Below the pieces are notes generated by a model that worked only from the letters and a program-made list of their open reading frames with translations, was not told the origin of the DNA and did not search any database. A stretch of 34,194 nt of DNA from positions 1 to 34,194 of IMG/VR virus record IMGVR_UViG_2778261184_000007; one strand, written 5' to 3'. The translations under genes were made by a program, and so were the position numbers. Origin of the DNA: a virus (taxonomy: Duplodnaviria > Heunggongvirae > Uroviricota > Caudoviricetes). Of the stretch, positions 8,920-17,800 are shown in pieces. The stretch's first letter is position 1; each line of letters begins with the position of its first letter.

Positions 8920-9377
8920 TATGCGGCTCTCACAATATAATTGAAGGCAATATTGCGTGGACGGGTTTCATTCCCCCCTGAGGATTCCGTTCTGTATTGA
9001 CTGGAAAATTTACCATTAATCGCCCCTCCCTGGACGGCGTTATCTGTCGACAACAGACTATCCCCCCCTCTGTCATTTGGCACCAATACCGTGTTATCCC
9101 ACGCGTCCCATGACCGAATATTATGATAATGACTTCCAGTTAACCACCCCTGTATGCTTAAGATGCCCCTTCCCGCATCCACCCCGCGCCCATCATCCCA
9201 ACCGCGAATAAATTCTCCCCGTAAATCCGGTAATTTATTAGTGGGGTAAACCTTTGCCAGATTTGGGTACTTTTCAGAAGAAAATGCTGCTCCGTTACAT
9301 TTTAGCCAGCCCGTTGGTGGTGTTTCTAAGGGCCACGGAACGGGCACGCCAACGGGCAATGCTGAGCCTTCCCCCAA
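8919..9377 (-). CDS. Promoterless tail-fibre C-terminal tip cassette 5 (minus orientation, between the expressed tip and the chaperone)
   Basis: Begins at the TTG within crossover site 5; conserved N block, unique centre (…WLTGSHYHNIRSWDAWDNTVLVPNDRGGDS…), conserved RPRNIAFNYIVRAA end. Confidence 0.75.
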   Translation of the reverse strand: MGEGSALPVGVPVPWPLETPPTGWLKCNGAAFSSEKYPNLAKVYPTNKLPDLRGEFIRGWDDGRGVDAGRGILSIQGWLTGSHYHNIRSWDAWDNTVLVPNDRGGDSLLSTDNAVQGGAINGKFSSQYRTESSGGNETRPRNIAFNYIVRAA

Positions 9378-9394
9378 ACCAACGTTTCTATGCC
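9369..9394. other. Invertase crossover site 5 (inverted relative to sites 1-4)
   Basis: Top strand TTCCCCCAAACC-AA-CGTTTCTATGCC. Confidence 0.7.
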
Positions 9395-11694
9395 GCTCTT
9401 ACGATGTAATTAAATGCAATATTACGCGGACGAGCTGATACATAAGCCCACCAGTCATATTTTTGGGCACCTTTACTGGATGCATCAAATATCCACTTTT
9501 TGCCATTTATGGCCCCCCATTGATTAGAGGTTAAAGTGTCACCAAATCCGTATTGTGGTGAGCTGAGTGAACTGATATCCCCAGTATCATTATCATCAAA
9601 ACCGGAGACGATAGTGCCTTCCTGAAATGAAAGTATCTCTCGTCCTGCATCAATACCTCGTCCGTCATCCCAGCCACGGATAAATTCGCCCCGTAAATCC
9701 GGTAATTTATTGGTCGGATAAGCCTTTGCCAGTCTGGGGTACATTTCAGAAGAAAATGCTGCTCCGTTACATTTCAGCCATCCCGTTGGCGGTGTGGCTG
9801 AGGGCCATGGAACGGGCACACCAACGGGCAGCGCAGAGCCTTCCCCCAAACCAAGGTAATCAAGAACGCCCTGAGTGCTGGTTTTACCAAGAATGGCACG
9901 CCCAACACTTGTCAACGCGGTTAACGCGGCACGATCTTCCCCTGTAAAATATGGGAGTTTATCTGCTGATGTAGCAAGCTCTGCCAGCGCCGTCAGGGTG
10001 GCATCCTTCGGTTGCTTACCCGCAAGCGCGTTAGTCATGGTGGTCGCAAAATTCGGGTCGTTGCCCAGCGCCGCCGCTAACTCGTTCAGCGTATTCAGTG
10101 CGTCAGGCGACGAGTCTACAAGTGCGGCAATCGCGGCCATAACGAAAGCCGTGCTTGCGATCTGGGTATTATTAGTCCCCTGTGGCGCTGTTGGTGTTGT
10201 TGGCGTTCCGGTCAGTGCCGGGCTGTTTAATGGTGCTTTCTTGTTCGTTTCATCCATTACCGCCTTAACAGCTTTTGGTGTCGCTGCCAGCGTTTCAGAC
10301 GTGCTGTTCGTGGCGCTACTAAGCTGAACTATCCCTTTTTGTGCCGTCGTAGCGTCCTGTGCTGTGTATTTGCCATTAGCAAGATCATACGCTGCCTTAA
10401 CTGCCTTAGGCGTTGCTGCAAGAGTTTCAGACGAGCTGTTGATGGCACTACTAAGTTGTACAATGCCGCTCTGAGTGAGGCTGGCTGCTGGTACGTCGGT
10501 AATCTGGCTCCAAGGGTGGTTATGGCTGGCGTTGGCACACTCTGCAAAGCGAGCACTTAACCAGGAACTCAACCAACCGTCTCCCCACTGACTGCCATAC
10601 ACATCACCACCGGTGCTATAACGTGCATCCCCTATCAGAAGCTCTTTTAATGAGGTAATACTTCTTTCCGTGAAAAGGAACACACGCTGGCCGTTGGCGA
10701 ACACGGACAATGCGCCGTCTCCTTCATGTTTAATTCCGGTATCGTCATCGCCCAGCGTCAGAGAGTTCCCCCCCAGTCTGTTGTTGGTATTGATGCCGAA
10801 TGCAGAGGTCTGCGGCAGATTAAGTTTACCTGTCATAGTGTCGCCATCTTTGGCAACTTTTTCTCCAATCAGGCGAGTCACTGTCGCGGAAAAGTTCGGA
10901 TCATTACCAAGCGCGGCGGCCAGTTCGTTCAGAGTGTTAAGTGCGTCAGGCGATGAGTCTACAAGTTCAGCAATCGCAGCCATAACGAAAGCTGTGCTTG
11001 CGATCTGAGTGTTATTCGTTCCCTTAGTCGCCGTTGGTGCTGTTGGCGTCCCTGTCAGATTCGGGCTGTTGATCGGGGCTTTTGTATCAACCAAATCATG
11101 GAGAGTTTTGACAGCCAGAGGTGTAGCCGCTTTTCTTTCTTCTGTACTGCTTATTTCATTAGAGAATTCGACACCAACAGCACGGTTAACCCGGTATTTA
11201 AGCACAATCATTTCTTTAGTCACAGCCGTTGCGCCGCTAGGCACGATAACTCGACATAATTCAATTTGATTCTGCCCAATAGTATTGTCCGTACGCGCGT
11301 AAATTCTTGCAGCACTGACAGAAGATGCGCTATCTACCTGTGTCGTTTTTACACCATGTTCAAAATTGGCTTCCAGCACAATAATGTTGGTAGCCCCTGC
11401 CTTTACCGAGACAGTCACATCTTCTATTTGCTGAACGGATATCTGAACATTATTTACATCTACTGAAGCAGCCCCTTTACCTTCTGAGTTTTCAGAAGTT
11501 ATACGGACACTCAACCCTGTGCCGGGAACCGGTTCAAATCCACAGTAAAAGCCAGGCAAAACAATATTTTTAAGTTTTCTGTTAAGAGCCGAACTACTAT
11601 AGAGTTCGAAATATTGAACATCAGCAAGCAACGGCTGTGAGACACCAGAGGATAGTGTCATTATGTTGTTCGTTTTATCAGCACCCATAATCAA
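9388..11694 (-). CDS. Tail fibre protein (S-like, 768 aa): constant N-terminal part fused to the currently expressed variable tip
   Basis: Repeated fibre motifs (GIVQLSS..NS.SETLAATPKAVKA three times; NTLNELAAALGNDPNF twice); C-terminal 150 aa carry the same conserved blocks as the cassettes; ATGA overlap with the upstream R-like gene. Confidence 0.85.
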   Translation of the reverse strand: MIMGADKTNNIMTLSSGVSQPLLADVQYFELYSSSALNRKLKNIVLPGFYCGFEPVPGTGLSVRITSENSEGKGAASVDVNNVQISVQQIEDVTVSVKAGATNIIVLEANFEHGVKTTQVDSASSVSAARIYARTDNTIGQNQIELCRVIVPSGATAVTKEMIVLKYRVNRAVGVEFSNEISSTEERKAATPLAVKTLHDLVDTKAPINSPNLTGTPTAPTATKGTNNTQIASTAFVMAAIAELVDSSPDALNTLNELAAALGNDPNFSATVTRLIGEKVAKDGDTMTGKLNLPQTSAFGINTNNRLGGNSLTLGDDDTGIKHEGDGALSVFANGQRVFLFTERSITSLKELLIGDARYSTGGDVYGSQWGDGWLSSWLSARFAECANASHNHPWSQITDVPAASLTQSGIVQLSSAINSSSETLAATPKAVKAAYDLANGKYTAQDATTAQKGIVQLSSATNSTSETLAATPKAVKAVMDETNKKAPLNSPALTGTPTTPTAPQGTNNTQIASTAFVMAAIAALVDSSPDALNTLNELAAALGNDPNFATTMTNALAGKQPKDATLTALAELATSADKLPYFTGEDRAALTALTSVGRAILGKTSTQGVLDYLGLGEGSALPVGVPVPWPSATPPTGWLKCNGAAFSSEMYPRLAKAYPTNKLPDLRGEFIRGWDDGRGIDAGREILSFQEGTIVSGFDDNDTGDISSLSSPQYGFGDTLTSNQWGAINGKKWIFDASSKGAQKYDWWAYVSARPRNIAFNYIVRAA
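9841..9866. other. Invertase crossover site 6, inside the expressed tail-fibre gene at the constant/variable junction
   Basis: Top strand TTCCCCCAAACC-AA-GGTAATCAAGAA: conserved half-site intact, other half diverged because it is constrained by coding sequence (…DYLGLGEGS…). Confidence 0.65.
10050..10225. repeat. Intragenic direct repeat copy A within the tail-fibre gene (about 175 bp)
   Basis: Roughly 85% identical to 10890-11065 by eye; encodes the duplicated …NTQIASTAFVMAAIA.LVDSSPDALNTLNELAAALGNDPNF… block. Confidence 0.7.
10890..11065. repeat. Intragenic direct repeat copy B within the tail-fibre gene
   Basis: Partner of the 10050-10225 copy. Confidence 0.7.
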
Positions 11695-12137
11695 CCCTCA
11701 ACTTGCTCGATTGTCATGAGAATACTGTAACGTTTACCTTTATAGAGGGTGTCTTGCTGGGTGCAAAGCACAGCAAAAGCCTGTTCCTCAGCATCCACAA
11801 GCACAAGCGTGTTAAAGTCGTAAGGCGTGTTATCCGGCATTCTTTCTTGAGGGAAGGCTGCATTGATAGTGATAATCCCATCCACACTGGACAATATCAG
11901 ATCGGACACAGCAAACTGTTGAGCGTTACTCAATTTAAAATCGAGTGGAATGTCCGCTATATTCCAGCCTCCTGCACCATTAGCAGTTACCAGACTAGAT
12001 TTGCACCAATACGCCTTAGAGATAACAAAACGCGCACCTTTGCCGATCGCCGACTCAGCGCGGCGTGAATAATAGTAGGAAAGCAATTGCGCCTTATACA
12101 GGCGGTTACCATCTCTTGCCTTTAAATTTTCAGCCAT
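11691..12137 (-). CDS. Tail-fibre-associated structural protein (R-position, 148 aa)
   Basis: Immediately upstream of and translationally coupled to the tail-fibre gene; assignment by synteny only. Confidence 0.45.
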   Translation of the reverse strand: MAENLKARDGNRLYKAQLLSYYYSRRAESAIGKGARFVISKAYWCKSSLVTANGAGGWNIADIPLDFKLSNAQQFAVSDLILSSVDGIITINAAFPQERMPDNTPYDFNTLVLVDAEEQAFAVLCTQQDTLYKGKRYSILMTIEQVEG

Positions 12138-12202
12138 ACGAACATAGCCCCTTCATAAGCAATGAACCAATGGAGAGTATGCTCAGTTTGTGATTTCCGT
12201 TG

Positions 12203-12228
12203 TTCTTCCCCCGCATTTGGGGGAAGAA
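12203..12228. other. Perfect 10-bp-stem hairpin between the gp16-like and R-like genes
   Basis: TTCTTCCCCC-GCATTT-GGGGGAAGAA; no convincing U-tract on the minus transcript, so more likely an RNA processing/stability element than a strong terminator. Confidence 0.35.
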
Positions 12229-12231
12229 TTA

Positions 12232-13077
12232 TTAAACAGGTTGAAGGTGGTAATCCAAAGGCCACGCATCGAGTGGGGTTACATCAAGATGTAATTGCTT
12301 TTCTGCCGTTCTGTTCGGTATGGCGTTAAGAGAAATATTGTTTACCTGGCAGGAGGTATCACTACGGGATAGCATATCAGCCATACTCTCAGTAACATAA
12401 ACACCTTCAATTACCGAAACATCCGTAGACAGGCAATTTAGTATTTCTGCCACTTCAGGGAATACAGCACTAAGCCGAAACGAGACGCCATCAAAAACAA
12501 TATGCAATGGCAACAAAGGGGCTATTACTGTTTCGAAGTCAGATAACAATTTCTGCACAGCGGCTTCTTTATCCTGCTCTCCATATGAGCGATATAGCTT
12601 GTTCTGATCAACAACGACCAGCCCCCTTGATGTCAGGAAGAACTCACCGAATTGAGCCTGTGCCGTAGGTATTTCTATTTCGGTCGCAAAATATGAACCA
12701 TAGGGGTGTTTTTCTATATTTACAGGTGCATACAGCGGTTCCCAACTAACAGGAATACAACCGAATTCACGCCAGAATGTCTGCTCAATAGGCAAGATAG
12801 TACCTTTAAAGTGCACTTCATCTAAACGCTGCGCCAGAAGCATTGGCCTACGGGCATTATCTTTTTCAGTGATAACGAAAAAACGCCCGTATTCAGCAAT
12901 GCGGGCATCCATATCCTCACTGTCCATAGTGAAGAAGGATTTTCTGTTACTTATTCTTGTTAATATTGGTTCTACTGCCTCATTCCAGACATCCTGTAAA
13001 GCGTCTATAAAGGCACTCCAGAGATGTGAATCCTGCTTTACTTTAGTTAATCGTTCCTTAAGCCAATTATCTTTCAT
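12232..13077 (-). CDS. Baseplate protein (gp16-position, 281 aa)
   Basis: Position within the tail/baseplate gene string; no diagnostic motif recognised. Confidence 0.4.
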   Translation of the reverse strand: MKDNWLKERLTKVKQDSHLWSAFIDALQDVWNEAVEPILTRISNRKSFFTMDSEDMDARIAEYGRFFVITEKDNARRPMLLAQRLDEVHFKGTILPIEQTFWREFGCIPVSWEPLYAPVNIEKHPYGSYFATEIEIPTAQAQFGEFFLTSRGLVVVDQNKLYRSYGEQDKEAAVQKLLSDFETVIAPLLPLHIVFDGVSFRLSAVFPEVAEILNCLSTDVSVIEGVYVTESMADMLSRSDTSCQVNNISLNAIPNRTAEKQLHLDVTPLDAWPLDYHLQPV

Positions 13078-13087
13078 GCTAACCTCA

Positions 13088-14518
13088 TTACGGGTAAGAA
13101 ATGCTGAACGTGGAAGATTTCACGTCAAGATAAATGAAGTCATTAAAGTAAACTGCATCTTTCATATTTTGTATTGTTATGTCATAAGAGAGAAACATAT
13201 CCAGCGATTCTATTACTCGCCAAATATCTTTAACTTTTACCTGTGCATAACATTGCTGAGAATCATCATCACTCTGTAGTAATAAACTAAATGATGACGA
13301 ATCACGACCAAAATTATCTTCCAATGCTGCTTTAATAGCATTTTGAGCGTCGTCTATCAGAACATTTTTACGTGCAATACCTGTAAAATTTATAGTAAAT
13401 GGCTGTTCATTTGTATCTACATACTCGAACCGCTTGTTCAACTCATTTGGAACATTCTCTAGAGCTTTCAGTATTTCTGATTTTAGCTGAGCCTGGCTTA
13501 CACCCGGCTTATGTCCGCAAAAGAAAATTTTGTTGATGTTTCGAACGTCAAACCCAGTTATTTTCTCTTGTAACGCTTCGCCCCAAACGTTCAACCATGA
13601 AGTTCCATGAACAACATTCTGAATGAATTGGCGATAATCACCGCCCCATACCACTTGTTCATCGTATGCAACATAATACTGAGCACGATTTCGAGTTTCT
13701 TCTGTAGTTTCCATACCACTACCACCGGTAATGATCGAATCAGTTTTAAACTCAAGTGACTCCACATATTGAGCGATATTTCCAGCCGGTTCTAACTTTT
13801 GTCCTTCAGCCAAAGTATAGTCGCCAAGGCTAGCCATAACATCGATTCGAACCTGACAGCCTGCTGGAGGCATCATACCCATAGAACCATCACCAAACTT
13901 GACTCCAAGTTGTTCTGTAGGTTTATATGCCAATGAATAGTGCTTACTCTTGTCTCTGGACATTCTAAATAATGGGTTATATGTCCATTTTTCTTCTACG
14001 CCATCTGTAATAACATAAACATCCAGGCTAGAGACTTCTTTTGTTAACTCTCTGGAAAGCAACAATGTCAGAAATAAAGTTTCCTTCTCAATATCAAATG
14101 TAACGCTAACAGCTTCATGCTGTTTAGTTTCTACGCCAGAAACAGTTCCTCCAGCAGGAATTACAACACTGTTAATAATTGCCAAAGGTGTTTGGTCATT
14201 GGCAAGCAATTCAGCCCCGGCTGGTAATGTAATATCCCGATCAGTTTTATTGGTTATAGACGTTGTTCCGTATGAAGCACTAACAAATCGCCCTACGTAG
14301 CTACGGTCTTCAGCAACCGCTAAAATACTTGAGCGGCGCGTAGCCGTTGAAATAAGTCCCTCAGTGAGGCCGCGGCTTGCAAATGTACGGGCAATATAAA
14401 TAAGCTGTGATCCGAATATAGCGTGCATCTGCACAAACTGACTATTTACAAATCGTGACCACCATGTGTTTTCATTTAACTTAGCGTTAAATTTGTCCAG
14501 TAATTCTGTAATCGTCAC
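13088..14518 (-). CDS. Baseplate protein (BplA-position, 476 aa)
   Basis: Synteny; overlaps the upstream gene by 4 nt. Confidence 0.4.
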   Translation of the reverse strand: MTITELLDKFNAKLNENTWWSRFVNSQFVQMHAIFGSQLIYIARTFASRGLTEGLISTATRRSSILAVAEDRSYVGRFVSASYGTTSITNKTDRDITLPAGAELLANDQTPLAIINSVVIPAGGTVSGVETKQHEAVSVTFDIEKETLFLTLLLSRELTKEVSSLDVYVITDGVEEKWTYNPLFRMSRDKSKHYSLAYKPTEQLGVKFGDGSMGMMPPAGCQVRIDVMASLGDYTLAEGQKLEPAGNIAQYVESLEFKTDSIITGGSGMETTEETRNRAQYYVAYDEQVVWGGDYRQFIQNVVHGTSWLNVWGEALQEKITGFDVRNINKIFFCGHKPGVSQAQLKSEILKALENVPNELNKRFEYVDTNEQPFTINFTGIARKNVLIDDAQNAIKAALEDNFGRDSSSFSLLLQSDDDSQQCYAQVKVKDIWRVIESLDMFLSYDITIQNMKDAVYFNDFIYLDVKSSTFSISYP

Positions 14519-14889
14519 GCGCCCACCCCACTTGATTTCTGCATAACAATATCCATGCTCCCACCTTTCGCATAAAAACTAATTAATAAAGAATCTTCAG
14601 AAATTGATGTGCAACGAATCCCCTGCACATCCAAACCTGGCAAGTCTTGTCGTAGTTTTTTCATCATTCTCCCTTCAATAGCCACTTCAACTATGTGCGA
14701 AGTTTCAGAGCCGAATGGTTCATGCTTAAATTCTTCCATTGGATTCCCCCAAGAGGGTAAACCATAAACACTCCCTTCAGGGGTTCGTAACCACTCGTCA
14801 AGTCGGGCCATCCATGCTGCGGTACTTCCTTCTGCAATAATGACACCGCTCTCATTCGTTTGAAGTCTTGCGTCTATTTCATAAAGCAT
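14515..14889 (-). CDS. Small morphogenesis protein (PmgA-position, 124 aa)
   Basis: Synteny only. Confidence 0.35.
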   Translation of the reverse strand: MLYEIDARLQTNESGVIIAEGSTAAWMARLDEWLRTPEGSVYGLPSWGNPMEEFKHEPFGSETSHIVEVAIEGRMMKKLRQDLPGLDVQGIRCTSISEDSLLISFYAKGGSMDIVMQKSSGVGA

Positions 14890-14894
14890 CTGTA

Positions 14895-17800
14895 TTAATC
14901 CTCAAGCAGAGCATCCAGCGACGGGTCATTAATAGTTGTGCTAGCACGTGGTCGCGGTTGCGGCTGCGATGTTTTGACAACCTTATCCGGATCGCCTTTT
15001 GTATTGTTCTTGTTCACATTCAGAAGATCGTTCAGGATAGAGCAGATGTTATCCAGCGCCTTCAACATAGCAGGATCGTTATTTATAGTGTCAGTAGTTA
15101 ATGGTTGTCTTATTCCGCTTCGTGCGAGATCTGTTACAGTAGGAAGCTGTGGTGGCAAAGCAAGAAAAGGTTCTTGCACGGCAGACGCAGAGCCAAATAT
15201 GGCATTATTGGCTTCGTTTGATATACCTCTAATGCTATCTGCGGTTTGTTGAATACCATTATTCAGCCAACTACCGGCGCTCTTGGTAAGCGGGCTAATA
15301 GCCCTGGCAATTGTTGAGTTCTGCCCAGTAGCCTGATAAACCAAATCATTAACAATGCCTGTGCCATCTACCCCACCAATAAGTTGTGAAACGTTATCGC
15401 CAATTGCAGGTAACACAGCAGAGCTAATACGTTTCAGACCTGTTAATGACGAGTCAAACAAAGAGCCAAGCACCCCCTTATCTTCACCATCAATTACCTT
15501 GTATCCATTGTCATAAACTGGAATCCCCCTTGAGTTTACAGAGATTTTTTCACTCTCACTTGCCGAAGAAACACCGGAGAGAAGATCCACTGAAGGCATA
15601 TCGCGTTCAGCTTTTGGTCTTTTTTGTAAAGCGTCTCTTATATCAGTTACCTGGCTTGCTTTTTGAAATCCAAAAGATTTACCGGTTAAGCTGGATATCT
15701 TTTCAGTAAGAGCCTGATCCATTCCTTTCGCTTTTTCGGAAAGCGAAGATATAGAACCAAACGAAGTCGCCGACGCAAAATCCTTAATCAGGCCAAGGTT
15801 TGTACCAGCAAGGCTGGTAGCCGCACCTCCAAATAAATTACCTACCCCGCTGTCATTTATAGCGATTAATCTCTCAAGCAGACTTGATGGCGAGCCAGTA
15901 TTAACATCAACAATCTCTGGATTAATCGGTTGCGATTGATTGCCTGTTTTTTGTGGCTTTTTGACTGCCTGGGCATGTTGTGCAACCTCAATTGGCTGTT
16001 GTGTTGCTGTCGGAACGGCATTCAAAACTGGTTGAGCTGGAGATTTTCCATTAGCATATTTTACCTTGCGACCAACACTATATTGCGAATCGCGGGCAAT
16101 TAGCTGACCACCATTTTCTTTCTGAATTTTATTAATCCGCGCCAATGTTTCGTCAGAGAATTGTCCCTCCCATCGACCAGTGTTAGTGTTAAATGCTCCA
16201 AGTGCATTCTTAATGAACTCATTATTAACTGCCGGATTTCCGCCTTCTTTCGTCGCAATTGCACGAACTAATTGCGTCATAACCTCTGGGTTGCTGACAT
16301 CTATTTTTTCATTAGGCGATACACCAAGATATTTACTGACGTTATCAATATATTGGTTAGTATTGTTCTCATTTGGCGGTGCCCATTTTGAAATGATGCT
16401 GGATACCGTCTGTAACTTCTGATATCCCGCTGCAGCACTGGTGCCGTTGTAATAGCTGGAAACCTGGTTTGCCAGTGCCCTGATCCCTTCTTCAGGTGTG
16501 TTAAATCGCGCAAAACGTTGTTCACCCTTTGCATTTGGCGATTCCAGCGTCGCCCCTTCCTGGTTGGCAAAAACAAGATTACCGAGATTATTATTTCGGT
16601 AATTGCGGTTTTTAGCGTTGCTGCCGCCAATATTCAGATCCGCTGCAATGGTGTTGTTGGCAGGTGCACTAAATTCAGTTGGAGAAGTATACCCGTGCTC
16701 ACCAACTCCATCCTCGCCATTACGCCCACCTTGTAATTGTTCACCTAGAGAATGAATCGCATCGACAGTTTTTTTGGTGCCGTCTTCAACAGCTTTTTTT
16801 ACTTGTTTCGTGTTTTCGTCAGTGGATAAAAATGTATCCTTAAGGCTACCAAAAACAGATTTGGTGATATCTACCGCGCCGTTAACACCACGAGCAATAT
16901 CTCCGGTATCAAAATTCTGAAGTTTTTCACCTGCTCTTTCAAATCCTAGCGCAGAAATTCCTTTCCCTATCAAGTTCGTTGCGCCCGACACCAAGCCACC
17001 CATATCGAGCACATTAGCTGTTGCGTAAGCCGTTTTTTGCTGTTCGGATACAGCATCATCGTCACTTAAACCAAAGGCTGCCTTTTGCGCCTCTGTATCT
17101 GTGTAACCATCTATGGCGTCATATCCAGCCATTGCCAGCGAACCGATGATAGGGACCGCTCTTGCCGCTGTGGATGCTGCTGATTTAACACCTATTTTTG
17201 CTGCACTTTTGAGGGCTACAGATTCAGTTTTTTTCTTTGCAATGACTTCGCCGGTTTTAATGGTGGCATCTTCAGCCACAACACCAGCTGACTTCACGGC
17301 CTTAGCAGTATTTTTTGTTTCCTTTGCAATCCCCTTTGATGTATCGCTGATAGTGCTTACATCTTTGGGTTTGCTGATCTTATTTTTAACTACTTTTGCT
17401 GCTCCGACACCAGTGCCAGCCGCAGCGCTACCGGCAGCAACTTTTTCGCCAGCGGAGAGTGCTTTTTTCCCAAGATTGCGGCCTTTCCTTTTCGATTTGT
17501 TCCGTTTATTTTTTCCCGTCTGATCACCAATATTGATTTTATTTCTTCTGCTTGCTCGATTTTTCCAGAGATCACTTAAGCCGAACTTATTTCCAGAAGA
17601 CACTGATTTCCGAAGCTTAACTATCTCGTCAGAAACATTTTCCAGACCATCAATTATTTTGTTGTCATTGGTCTGAAGGATTTTGGTTTGCTCTTCTACT
17701 GCTTGTGCGGATTTTGTCTCAACAGCGTTATTGAATGCTTTTGCAGATGTTGCTTTTTGAGAATTCACCGCCGCCGGATAAGTAATTACTGGTGATATCG

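Noticed and set aside
6341-9866. Diversity-generating retroelement as the source of tail-fibre variation
   Set aside because: No reverse transcriptase or template repeat in the window; variation is organised as discrete cassettes bounded by invertase sites next to an invertase gene.
9726-11466. Multiple + strand ORFs (e.g. 9875-10327, 10670-11008, 11009-11269) within the tail-fibre gene
   Set aside because: Antisense to a long ORF with clear fibre repeat motifs; Ala/Ser-rich translations are what is expected from the reverse complement of repeat-rich coding DNA.
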